DNA of 64,000 nucleotides from Tilletiaria anomala UBC 951 (taxonomy: Eukaryota), in assembly GCF_000711695.1 (NCBI RefSeq), contig NW_013547017.1, positions 186,001 through 250,000 on the forward strand, read 5' to 3'. The notes beneath the pieces were generated by a model, which saw nothing but the letters and a program-made list of their open reading frames with translations, searched no databases and had not been told where the DNA came from. Of the stretch, positions 1-11,871 are shown one piece after another (position 1 is the stretch's first letter; the number at the start of each line of letters is the position of its first letter). A program made the position numbers and the translations under genes.

Positions 1-797
1 CCTCGTGCCTGGCACTGCATAAAGAGGCGAAGCGCGCCAAAGAAGGGTCGTGTTCCCACTTGTACGGACGTGCAATGGGAACGAATGAATTCTTGCAGCA
101 CCCCGTACCGCGCCCGTCTGTCGGCGGCAGAACGCGGACGTTCGCCGTGATCGGGTAGTTTGGAGGCCGGTATAGCATTTTCGATATCTCGCTCCAGTCG
201 CTCACGGCCCTGTCTTGCTACTTGGGCATGAAAGTCTTGTCGGACTTTAGCTTGTAGACGCATGTAAGTCGGTCGGTGCGTGGGCGGGGCCTTGTTCAGC
301 ATGGATTCCATTGCCAATTTACTCGCCTCATCTTGTTCGAAATAGAACCCGTGGCAGGTAGCAGCAAAGCCTTTCAAATCGACTGGGGTTGGGCTACGAG
401 GAGGAGCAGGAACCATAGAAGTGCCGCTCATCTTAGGCGACCCCATCTTAGGCGACCCGTTAAGCACAGGGCTTTGGGAGGTTCGAGGTAGCGGGGGCAC
501 ATTGTACACCAATTGAGACGGTGGGGGCGAACATGTGCTGCTCGGTCGAAAAGGCGAGCTTCGCCGCTCGATCGAAACAGGGGGCGGCGACGGTGAATGA
601 AGCGATGTTCGGAACTCGAATCCTGTAATGCTTCGGGCTCTGCCATGTTCCCCATCCTGCTTTTCTACTTGATGAGCTTGATTGTCTCCATCTATGGCGT
701 CGTGAAAGAGACCGACGGCACGCTTGGGCTTGGGTGCTGCAAGAAGTGGCGGGGCTGCTGAGGCCGAGCCTCCCGACGCTGTCAAAGGGCCAGACAT
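1..797 (-). CDS. Hypothetical protein, 5' part (runs off the left window edge; absent from the ORF track)
   Basis: Manual translation: ATG at 797, frame open without a stop to the edge (MSGPLTASGGSASAAPP...GSPKMGSPKMSG...DLKGFAATCHGFYFEQDEASKLAMESMLNKAPPTHRPTYMRLQAKVRQDFH...GVLQEFIRSHCTSVQVGTRPFFGALRLFMQCQAR). A disordered S/P-rich N-terminus is followed by a helical, globular-looking region. Confidence 0.8.
   Translation of the reverse strand, partial: MSGPLTASGGSASAAPPLLAAPKPKRAVGLFHDAIDGDNQAHQVEKQDGEHGRARSITGFEFRTSLHSPSPPPVSIERRSSPFRPSSTCSPPPSQLVYNVPPLPRTSQSPVLNGSPKMGSPKMSGTSMVPAPPRSPTPVDLKGFAATCHGFYFEQDEASKLAMESMLNKAPPTHRPTYMRLQAKVRQDFHAQVARQGRERLERDIENAIPASKLPDHGERPRSAADRRARYGVLQEFIRSHCTSVQVGTRPFFGALRLFMQCQAR
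429..458. repeat. Perfect 15-bp tandem duplication (CATCTTAGGCGACCC x2)
   Basis: Seen directly. It encodes GSPKM-GSPKM in the minus-strand left-edge CDS. Confidence 0.95.
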
Positions 798-1289
798 GAT
801 TTCCTCGTTGGATCTTCACGTCGGGAATTTTGCTACAGAGTGCTAAGCGTCTTACCGCACCAGAAGAGGTGCAATTCCTCGGAAGTGGAGGACGATGTTG
901 TTTCGATGATTCAGGTGACGACTGCCTATCGGCACGGTGATAAATCTGGCTTCGGGACACGTCGAAACAGCATTCTGTAATCTCTCTGCCGAGGCTCAAG
1001 ATGCGAAGCGGAGGTGGGTCCCCCTATCCTCTAATGTCCAGTGGACATGCATCAATCGCAGCCTGTCCGCCCTTGGCCTGAAATCAGCATATTAAAATCT
1101 TGAAATGTGGTACGAAGGAGATGCACAGACAGGCGACAGCGGATGAAAAGGCGGACTTACAAGATGTTGTCATTAACAAGACTTTTTTTTCGCGGCAGGG
1201 AGAGCATTCCTTTTTACTACCATAACTACAATACAATGTTGAAACATCCCACCATCGTTTAAGCTACTTTTTTCGCAGGGTGTAGCATC

Positions 1290-3610
1290 GCTATGCTACG
1301 TTTTATTAAAGGAGAGGCTCACGAGTTACCGTCAGATCGGCTTGGGGAGCTTGCTCATGCATTGCAAACAGGGCCTCAAATTCGTTTGTTGGGCACGAAA
1401 AACTTGTCTCGTGCATGCGGTATCCGCATGGCGATGGCCAGACAAGCGGTCATAAGTTGGCTACTTCATCCTCAAGTACATGTCGATGTTGTGCAGAGCC
1501 ATATGTAACTTCCCTACCGGAAAGGCGGGCGGAGAGAGAAAGTCAACGGTCTGCCCAGCACCAGGTCATGTGTTGGAGCCCCTGCCTTGCCGGTTTAAGC
1601 ACCGCTACGACTCATGCTTTGAAAGGTAGAGTGTGTGAGTTGGCAACCCTGTTGAAAGCCAGAGTGTCCACATCTTCGACGTCTCCGTCTGGCGCACGGA
1701 ATCGCAAAGCCCAACGCAGGATGGAGCAGTTGATGAAGATGGATCAATTGGCGACATTGAGGCTGACGCAGATTCTGTGACCAAAGTCGAACTGAATATT
1801 ACCGCGCGTTGAGAACCACGGCCTTGTACCGTCTGACCATCATCGCTTAACAAGCGTCCAGGTTTGAAGATGTGCGGCTCAAGGGAGATGTACCCATGGT
1901 ACCCTATGAAATGATGTCTTTTTGAGAGCAACTAGTCCTTATGCAGGATGTCTTTGGCGATGCCATGAAGAACGCCACCCCTCCGAAATCAGGCATCTCC
2001 GGTTGACCTCTTGACACAATGCATTGACATAAGGTGGGACCGATCCGAGAACGTCGGCAGCCGATTAGTGCCGACAACTGCGTCGAGCTCAACCTGCGCC
2101 TTTTCCATTGCGTGTAAGTGTTTGATCATCGCCATGACATAGATACTCAGCGCGCTTTAAGAGGTAACTGAGCTGCGGAAGATATATGTACGGCGGCGCA
2201 TTGACCAGCTGTAGCTATTTCTCAATCGTTGGGCAGTGATGCTGCCAACGGTACTCACCCTGCCCCAACAAGGCTCCCTGCGACATAACAAGCCTCCTCA
2301 TCAGACAGACGGTATTCTTCCCGTCGCTCTTGCAGCTGGCTGATGGAGCACGGCTATGCTTCCTTGCGCCTCACATGGTCTCGCGCATCGCGATAGACCT
2401 CGAGGAAAGTCGCGAGCTCTTTGCAATGCAGCCTCCTGCCTTCTCTTCCAGGAATTGATGAAAGTCCGAATGTACTGCAAAACTAGCGTGAGACCGAGGA
2501 GCGAAGCGGAAGGACTGATCCTGCAGCTGAGGCTTCTCGGACACTCATTTACCACCACGACAAGCGGATCGTCGATACGGCACACTGGATGATCGCAAAT
2601 GATGCTAATAATGGTCCTTGCTGCGTAACGCTCAAAGGGTTTGTTCGATTGTCGGGGTCTCGACCAATATCGAAAGGGGCGAAACGAACCTTCGGCATTT
2701 GATCGGTTCGTAGCGACTTGATGCTTGATTGTTAGATGCTTCATACACGACCTTGCGATACTTTCGCTAACGTTCATTGTCCTAGAATGAGCGTACACTT
2801 GCCAGGAGGTCGCCGACCATGATCAGGTAAGGCCGAGCAGCTGTTGCACCGCTGTGCTTGTCCAAGATCGCACAAGCGGATGACGCCTTGGTGCACATCA
2901 AAGCAGCCACCAATTCTGTTGCAGTATGTACCGATATCGCTATTAGGAGCTTCGCCGTATTCCGGCAGCTTGCGCCAGGAGTGCTGCCGCGGAACGAGGT
3001 GCCAGGCTAGCATCATGAAGGCGGACTCGGAGGAAGACGAGAGGAAGTGCTGCACACAGGAGATAGATGGAGTCCCGCTTGCAAAAGGCGTGACCGACGG
3101 CCGAAGAACTAGATTCAGTCAGCTTGCCCCGTCCAGGCAATACGCTGACGAGAAAAGGCAGGGCTCAAACGTCAGCGCTTTGTTCCATGATCTCGCATAT
3201 ATATGCATGCAACCTGATATCTTCATTCTTGAAAGCACCTGTCGAGTTGAAAGTAAGGAGTGGTCGACACTTTTGGAAAGACATGTTTTTGTGTCTTGAG
3301 CAGTGCAGTGTGCGAGACAGCCCGCCCAGCGAGAAACCCATGTGCCATATGGGTAGGCGTCCGTGACATCCGAGATGTTGGGGGATGATGACCACATAAG
3401 AAAGGTACTCGTTGCACGCGGCGATTCTTTTCTATTGCCTGTAGAGAGCAGTCTGGCCCATGTAACACTCACTCCAGCGGTCCAGCCTCCCCACTGCCAT
3501 TTTCGTAGCTCATTGGCTCCTCAATACGCCGTCATCTCCAGGACTCTCGTCAAGTACTTGAGCCAACAAACCACGTACGAAGATCAGGTGAGTTCGGTGA
3601 ACAAATGAGA
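1290..3610 (+). pseudogene. Possible decayed or lineage-specific gene remnants
   Basis: Several protein-like ORF fragments (1415-1780, 2844-3299, 3363-3608) and splice-donor-like GTAAGT/GTGAGT sites are broken by stops. No family recognised. Confidence 0.25.
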
Positions 3611-3694
3611 TTTCTCCTTCAATTCCGCTTGAAGGAATGCTTGCTATGCGATGTATGAGTTATTGATCTATATCAACCAGAGGTTCTGTACAAC

Positions 3695-6625
3695 CTAAAG
3701 CCCCAATGCGAGCATGATGACCACGCCGATCGTTCCAATGATAGCCGTGCATAGGACGGACGCCAGCACGCCCGACTTGATGAAATCCTTGACGGTCAAA
3801 TACCGTTCTCCGACCGAGTCTTCCTGCGACGAAGCGGTCATGTTCGGGAAGCCTGAGACTGGCAAGCCCATAGCGGCCGAGGCAGCGAGCGTGGTGGCCA
3901 TGATCAGCAGACGCGGGTGCGGCGTGCTTAGACTGTCGCCGACTTGAGCTGCGATCGGCACTAGCAGCACTGCGGCGATGGTGTGAGACTACACAGATGG
4001 GCGTTAGCACCGAGCCCTCAAATCCTGAGATGGTAGCAATACTCACGATAAAGGTAGCAATGACCAACGAAACGACCAGTAAGCTTGCAAGCACTTGCCA
4101 GAGAGGCAGATTCTTGACGAGCCCTTGAATCACTGCAGATGCGAATGTGTCATTTCAGCCCAATGTGCATCGGAAGAATGTGAGGTCTTGCAGGTGTTCA
4201 GCGCACCTTCATCAAGACTCTCCAGCAAACCGCTGGAGGTGACAGCCTTGCCAAGGGCGATGCCACCCATGGCGAGGAAGAGAACAGTGTGTAAGAAATT
4301 GTTAAAGTCCTCCTTACTCAGAATGCCGGTGCCGAAAAACATAATGATGGGGACTGAACGTGACCGGTCAGAGTGTCAGCGACTCTGCACATGGCAGGTT
4401 TAATACGAAAGACGCTTACTGATCGCAGCGACGCCCATATCGCCGAGCACCCGCTCCAGCTTCTTTTCGAAACACCACAATAGGATAGTAGCGACAGTGA
4501 CGCCCGAAATAAAGTATTGCAATCCGGAGAACGAGTCGTTCGACTCGGAGATGCGCCGAATGCTGACGCCTCTGCCGGAACCATACACCCACAGAAGGAC
4601 GACCCAGATCACGAGGAGTGAGCATCCGGAGACCGGGATCGTGATCGCGAACCACTGCAGCCAGCCAACCGACTCATCCATGTACTGCAACGCGATCAAG
4701 TTCTGCGGCGATGCGATTGGCGACGTCTGACCGCCGATGTTAGATGCGAGCGCGATACCCATGATCAACGCAGACGCATAGGTGCTCTTCGGCGGTAGCG
4801 TGCGCAGAATCGGCTGAATGAGCGAGTACATGAGCACAGGCGCCGCAACGTTGGAGATCCACATGCTCGCAAAGCACGCGACAGCCATGTGAGCGAGAAG
4901 AACCATCGAAGGTCGGGTGCCAGCCATGCGCAAGACCTTGATGGCGAGGATCTTATCGATGCCGTACTTAGAGAGCGCAGCGGCAAGGGTGAAGCCGCCG
5001 AGAAGGAGACACATGTTGGGCGCGAACATCTGCAGAAAGATCCACTTGGCGGTCTCGCTGGCCGTCATGCGTCGATCCTCGATGTCGTCCGTCCTAGCAA
5101 CTTGGAGCGTGACGACCAGCAATGGAACCATAAAGGACGTGACAAAAAGCGGAATTACCTCCGTCGCCCAGAGGATGGTGCAAAAGACGAGCAAAGCCAA
5201 GCAATTCTGCTCCTCAATCCTTCCGAACAAGCGAAGACTCGGCGCCTTGAGGAGCAGGACAAGGGCGGCAAAAGCACCAACTAGCTGCAAGGTCGGGAGA
5301 CCGAGCCACGAGGGAAGCGTGACGCCGCACAGCTTGGTCGGCCTCTCAGGCTTGCCTCCAGGGCCCATCTTGCCCGCACCCATGACGCTACGTTCGAGCG
5401 TGGCGCCTTGAGCCCTGCGTTCGATGCCGATCATCTCGCGCCAGACAGTGTTGCGTTGCCAGACGACCTGTTCGCGTAAGTGCGTCTTCAGCTGCTGCAA
5501 TGCTAGCGCTGCATCGCCGCCCGTGACGACTTTGGCGTAGCACGCGACGATGCGGTTGATCTTGTTGGTCTGCTGCGCCTGCGTCGCTCTGCGAAATGGA
5601 TACTGCTGGCCGACGACATCCTCCAAGTAGCGGTCTTTGAGCGAGCTGCTGGTGATTTTGTCATACTTTTTCAAGATCTTCTTCATGCCGGTCTGGTTGA
5701 GCGTAACGAACTGTTGCAGCTCGGAAAGCGCAACAAAGATCTCGGTGATGCGTCGCTTGAACGTGATGCGTACGTCGATCGCATAGTCGTTGTCCGCCGT
5801 CCAAATGTTAATCGACTTGGCTTCTCCGAGTGCGCTGGAGGTGGTTTCCGAATCTGAGCGCAAGCGGGACGAGCTCTGCTGTTGGTCCCCTCCTCCGAAG
5901 AGACCTACCGAGTGCTTGCGAGCGGGCCGAGGGCGGAAGAAATTCCAGCGAGGGTTAGGTTGCCAGCTGCTGGCGGAATTCGAGCGTCGTCTACTGAGAG
6001 TTCCGGTTGACAACCCTTCACCGAGAACGTCCCCTCCTTCGACGCCACCTCGACGCGTCACGCTCTGGCGGGGCTCGGAATCGCTGTTGTGTATCTGCCT
6101 CTGCCATCTACTAGCTTCGTTGTACTGTGCTGGATCTTTGACAACTGCATCCAGCGAAGTGCGGCGCCACCGTGAGCCCTTCTGCATCATCCCTCCCTGC
6201 ACAATGGCCGCGGACGGATCAACGTCGTCGTCGGCGTCATCATCGTCGCTTAAGTCGTATTCACTTTCTAGCACCATCTCCTCGTTCTCGGCCCTCTCCA
6301 GGTCCTCTTCGATCCTTGCAACATCTGCATAAATCTGCTTCTCTTTGCTCTCGTAAAACTGAACGATTTTGCGCAGCTCCTTGTCGAGCAACGGTAGAAA
6401 GATGGGGTCCGTGTCTGAACGCTGCTCGCCGCTGAGCAACGCTGCTGATTCGTTCTCAATGTCATCTCGAAGATCTCGGTAGGTGCCCAAGCCGCCGGCT
6501 GGAGTTTGCCCATCCACGGCATCTTTCTCCAAGTTGTAGATAGACTTTTTAAGGTTCGAGTAGGCAATGTACTTGTCCGCCCAATCTGGCACGCTGTTGA
6601 ATTGAAGACTATGGGAGAACTTCAT
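3695..6625 (-). CDS. PHO91: SPX-domain low-affinity phosphate transporter (Pho87/90/91 family, Pho91-like)
   Basis: N-terminus MKFSHSLQFNSVPDWADKYIAYSNLKK (SPX domain, Pho91-type). SLC13/DASS motifs ASMWISNVAAP, LASNIGGQTSPIASPQN and GLPVSGFPN. Exons 6625-4420, 4353-4207, 4132-4047, 3988-3695 with frame-preserving GT-AG introns. Confidence 0.93.
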
Positions 6626-7320
6626 GTTGCCGTCTCTTGCCTTCTTTCCTGTAGCTTCCGAGTAGCTTCTAGCAGGCGAGCGACTTAGTGTCGTGCCCTG
6701 TGCCTTGGCCGCTTCAAGGACCGATGAGGGTTCCCGACTGGCTCGACCAAACTCGGCTAACTCGAACTCTTCCGTCGTTGATGTTGAGTCGGACGTTGTC
6801 CGACCGCCACCAACGAGTCGAGCGGGAATAGTGGCAGCGAGGGGCAGAGGCGGAGAGAGCAGAGCTTCATCCACCTTTGCCTGCTGTCTATACCAGAGCG
6901 ATGAAGGGGAGTGAAATTGCAGATGTGTCGGTAGCGGGTGGTCGCCGATAAGGCGCTGGCCGGCTGCCTGTTTGGCTCGATTTCTTGACTTGGAGGGCTG
7001 GAGATCGTCCAGGAGTCGCACTTGCGCCTCGTACCTCTATCTATAGAATGAAAAGAAAGTATATTGGCGTCGAAGACAATCTTATGATAATGAATGGTGC
7101 GAGTGTGGAGAAGAGGAGGTTGGCTTCCTGGAGACGCGGGTGCGAGTGGCCGGCGAGGTGCATAGAAAGTCTCTCTGCCGTCGCTCTGAGACTTTCCTGT
7201 CTCCACGCAGCGCGGTGACAGTCTTCTGGCTCCTACCCAGGTCCACGCCGCTTTGGCGTTCCTATGCAATCTGCGGCTGAGGCACTGCCGCTGTCAGTCA
7301 GCCAAAAGGCTTCCAAATGT

Positions 7321-7437
7321 GTCACGTGAGAGAACTGTTTGTTTCTATGTCACTCCAACAATCGGGCTCTGATCTCTGGCCGATCGGGGAGGATGTTCAC
7401 GTCGAGTCTCAATAAGTTAACGCACAGAGAGACGCGT
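7321..7437. promoter_or_regulatory. Divergent PHO91/HUS1 promoter with E-box GTCACGTGA (7321-7329) and MluI/MCB-like ACGCGT (7432-7437)
   Basis: Motifs seen directly. CACGTG is a bHLH (Pho4/Cbf1-type) site and ACGCGT is the MBF site in yeasts. Function here is inferred. Confidence 0.4.
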
Positions 7438-7876
7438 ACGCACCGGGTCTGACTTCAGAGGAAAGAGCGGCACGATTGAAGCATCACTCGCGTTCAACTT
7501 ATGATACTGAGCCTTTGCGAGAGTTCTCTGGACAGTCCGGTCTGGTCTGGCCTGGCCTGCACGCTGGCCACGCTACCCGTCACTGGCTTCTCTCGGTCGA
7601 ACGACACGCAAAAGTAATTGGATTGAGCCCTGCAGCAGCGGGTGCCATGCAAATTGCAATCCAGGGGCTGCCGTTTGCTAAAGCCGTGCGCTTTCATTGG
7701 CCCTCATCGTGGACGTGTGTCACAGGCCACAGGCCCACTGCGCTGGTCGAGCAGGCGGCCCTCACCAGCATCCATAATACCCACCGCTTGTGGACATGGT
7801 AGTGTGTCACGCCTACTAGTGAAAACATAATCACGCTTGAAACCACCACCTTGTGCGAATACGCAAAGAGAACAAG

Positions 7877-9320
7877 ATGCGTTTTCGGACGGGCATCGAG
7901 GCCATCTCAACGCTGCTGAAAGTGTTTCGTGCGTGCAGCATTCTCCACCGCTGGGGAAGGCTCGAACGATCGATGGATGTTGCAAGCTGAATGCAGTCGC
8001 TCACACAGAATCCGTAAACAAGATCAGCACGCACTGCATACTCAACCTTTCGCCCGACGAAGTCCGCATTATCTGCACGGGCGAGTCGGACGGCGTGCAA
8101 ATATGGACGTGAGCACATGTAATGGCACGGCTCTGATCGTACCGTGACGCTCAGCTTGCACGCTTTTCGATGCTTGTAGGACTCTCACCAAGGTGTGCAA
8201 GCGCCCAACTTTTCAGGGAATGTCCCAATTTAGTGATTGATCTCGCTTTGTCTGCCTTTGGTAGGACCAATTCTTCAAGGATTATCGGGTCGAGTCGAAG
8301 TACAAAAATATCATCAATCTGGAGATTTCGACAGAAATGCTTATCTCGGTGCTCAAAAGCGCTCAAGACACATCGGACGTCACTATGCGACTCGCAAAAC
8401 GTGGTAGCGACCCATTGCTCTCATTTGCAATCGTCTCCATGGTGAGTGTATGCACGGGAAACCACGCAAGCACATCCATTTGTACAGCTTGGCTCTGACC
8501 ACGCACGCTCCTGCTCTTCAAATCACAGAGCCACACGGGTGCAAAGATGGAAATCGAACATGAAGTCCTCATCAAGCTCATCAAGCCGCCAGACTGGGAG
8601 CAAATTCGCGAGCCACACTGTCCTGAGCCAGATGTAGGTTCCCCGCAGAACATTCCTTCTGCCTGCCGCTATGTGTTTGGCCGCTGACATTGAACGCTTT
8701 CATTCTGAATCTGCAAGGTCCACATTGTACTACCTCGACTGCTGAAGATGCGCACAGTCGCAGAGCGCATGTCGCGCATGTCTTTCCAGATAACATTTTC
8801 CGCCAACCTCGAAGGTGCCTTGACATTGGGCATCACTTCCGATGAGGTCAACGTCGAGACGACGTGGAGAGGGCTAAGCCATCCTGAATTTCGAAGTGAG
8901 TGGCTTTCCGAATCGAACCCTCTGTGATCTGGCGCCGACCGCGCTTTCCTGCTCTACTTGTGCGCGACACAAAGCCGATGAGAACGATGGGGACGCCAAG
9001 GGTGCACCCCAAAGAGGCAAGCAACAGGGCGAATTCCGCAGCGTGACGCTCGAGATGCGGTCCTTTCTTCGGTTCCTGTCCAGCTACAATGTCGAGACGT
9101 CCACCATAGCGTGCATATGCGTCGACCACTGTGCGATCTTCTATGTCTACATTGGCGACCAACAGCATCCTGGCGGAGTTATGACTGTAAGATGTTTCGG
9201 CAGCCTTTGCACCGAGCAATTGAATGCATACACGGTGGAGGGGAGGGAGAGAGCTGACAAACGCCTGTGTCACGTGTCCCTTGGCAGTTCTTCATTCCTG
9301 GCTTGATAAGTGACACGTGA
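7877..9320 (+). CDS. HUS1: Checkpoint clamp (9-1-1) subunit Hus1/Mec3
   Basis: Spliced translation MRFRTGIEAISTLLKVFQSVNKISTHCILNLSPDEVRIICTGESDGVQIWTTLTKDQFFKDYRVESKYKNIINLEI...MRLAKR...EHEVLIKLI...REPHCPEPDVHIVLPRL...ANLEGALTLGI...VETTWRGL...TIACICVDHCAIFYVYI...VMTFFIPG. Exons 7877-7928, 8009-8108, 8180-8192, 8265-8441, 8529-8633, 8718-8895, 8975-9186, 9288-9320. Confidence 0.9.
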
Positions 9321-11701
9321 GCACCCCAAGCGTGTGCCTGCCGCAGTCTCTCTATCTTCGGTGAGGGAGACCTGTTAGACATTCGCAAGGAGCGCTCCAC
9401 TCTAGCACCTTCGCAAGGCAACATTTTCAAAATGCATATTTGCAAGGATCCATGGACGATTCCATGACCCCCTCCCCCCGGCCTTCTGTAGCCTAAATTG
9501 ATGCATTTGCTCTGTGTGCGCTTACTTCGTTTCTGGTTATTTTGGCTTCGATGTATGCCAATGGAGATAAGAGCGAAGGTACATTTGCCCATAGCAGTAG
9601 GTATGTACGCGACTCCAAAGCCTCACGCCGACTCAGCCGGCTGCCTGAAGCCCAGCCACGCGCATCCCTGGTTCTCGGCTTCAGAAACTTAGCGATGTGG
9701 TTCTTTTGTGTACCGGTGTACGCCTGGCCGACGGTTGAAGGAGGCGAGCAAGTTGGCGAATAGTTTTTAAGTGTTTGTTGGCCCAGCAGACCATTCGATA
9801 CCTCGGCTACATGTGTACCAGCCCAATCGAATGCCATCTCGGCGGTTGGCGGAGCCGTCGGAGGTTCAGTACAGTCGCCAGAACTTACAAGTCCAGAAGA
9901 CCTAGAGGCGTTGAGGCATGAGGCGTGAGGCGCGAATAGTAATCAGGGAGTAAACTCTTGTGATCAGTGAGCTGTGAGTATGTAAGTAGGGAGCAGTGAA
10001 TTTTCGTCGCTGCCTGCATATCCGTGGTAGCTGGCTAAGCCACGTGAAGCATGCCGAAAGCGTGAAGACAAGCAGACATACGTAGTAGAAGAGAAGGCCC
10101 GCTTTCGAGGGTGCTCTGGACCGGCGGTTTGGCGCCATTCTCGTCGCACTTCCGACAGGTGGCTCCGAACGCAGACAGGCTGGTTTAAAACTCCTCCATA
10201 ATCGTCGCAGCATACACCGGCCACAGAAGGGTCACAGGAGCATTTGGAAAAGGGCTGTATCTGCCGGCTGGACAATTTTTCATAGTGTATTTTTGTTCGG
10301 CAGCTTCAAACGCTGATGGCGAGCCATTTAGTTTCAGGTAAAGTTGCGGGGATACTGTTGGTCACAGGGGATCGTGCTTAACCGCGCAGCCCGCCGACCT
10401 AGCATCAAAACGCCAGGACCTCTGAAGTAACTAGCTACATACAATGTGTGCGTATTGTGCTGTCATCCCAGCCTGCTTGTTCGCATCCGCTTCCAACAAC
10501 ACCCTTCCATAGACCGCCGGAAGAGCAGCACCTCCGACGGGTCATAGCCGGCGAGAGGAGAGTGACATGACTACTGTCGTGTTTACTCACCCTGCCGCCA
10601 TAGTGTGCCGCAGTGCAACTATCTGGAGTGGGATGCGCATTTGTGATTCACCGTCCCGCTCCGACTCCAACTACAACGAGAGAGAGGGGCCTCGCAAGAA
10701 TTGACTCCAATCAAGATCGTTCGGCCACCAAAATCGCGGGTATCCGAGCTGCGCTGGCCTGGAGGCCGCACTTTTGCCTGCCGCGGCCCTCCGATATAGT
10801 GCAAGTGGAAGGCGGCACGGGACCACTTCCCAATTAGCATATTTAGGGTCCGCTCCTGTCAAATGAGGAATGCGCGCTAAAGCAACCCAAAAAAAGAAAC
10901 TAACTGAAGGGAAGGAGGGAAAAAGAAAAAAGAAAAAAAGAGATTACTTACAACCCTTCTCTCCTGCAATCAGCTTTCACAACACAGCGGTCGTCCTCTG
11001 GCGTGCATTTTATGGAGCGAAACGGTTTGCTCGCCATCACGCCTCGAGTCAATTTCAAGACCTGTCAAAAGAGACCGCAGAACCGTACAGGGCCCGTAGA
11101 GCACGGCTCATGTGGGTGTACAAATTCGTTGCTTGTTTGCGTTTTGCCCATTGGGCTTTTTTGTACAGCGGTGTCAGCGTAGTGGCGCTTGACTGTCGAC
11201 AATGCTCACCCACTGTTTTTGGAAGTCCTTGATGATGGCCCTTCCCCACGCACTCCGATCATACCTCTGTCCACATTCCGTCCTCCCCAGCGACAGGCGT
11301 ACCAGTCCATAAAGCAGTGCGTGGGAAGGCAGAAAGTAAGACCTGCGGCCGTTCTGCTTGTCATAGGCAAGCCTGTTGTCCCTTGCCCGCAGAGCCCCCA
11401 GCCCGCTTCCTGCCTGCGATGATGGCAATATGCATTGCCATGATGCAACAGTGATGCAACTAACCCTTAAAGAACCGCAGGCTGGGCTCTTATTACTTGT
11501 ATCTTTTGCACGCTATGCCGCAGCGCGGGGTTAGGTTGGGGCTTGCAATCGGTCAGTGTGCGTCCCGTGCTTGTCTCCATGACGAAGACTTGTTTCGTTT
11601 GCGATTCTAACTCCCCTTCCACACCCCAGTTCAAACACTCGTTGCCGTGGGGCCGTAAACTCAAGTTTTTCTTCACTGCCGCGGGTTGAGTTCGTCCCAC
11701 T

Positions 11702-11710
11702 GTATATAAG
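11702..11710 (+). promoter_or_regulatory. TATA box of the ADY2-like gene
   Basis: GTATATAAG about 165 nt upstream of ATG 11872, followed by a pyrimidine-rich leader. Confidence 0.6.
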
Positions 11711-11871
11711 GCTGTTCATCGTCTGTGCCACAACCTCCTAACACATCCTCCTTCCATGCCCTTCCGCACGCTCCCTCTCGATTTCAACACGCAACAACCG
11801 CTCACCTTGTGTGTCCAAACTCTCTTATTTGTTTGTCCCCAACCTCACTTTCCAAATTAACGTCAGTCAAC

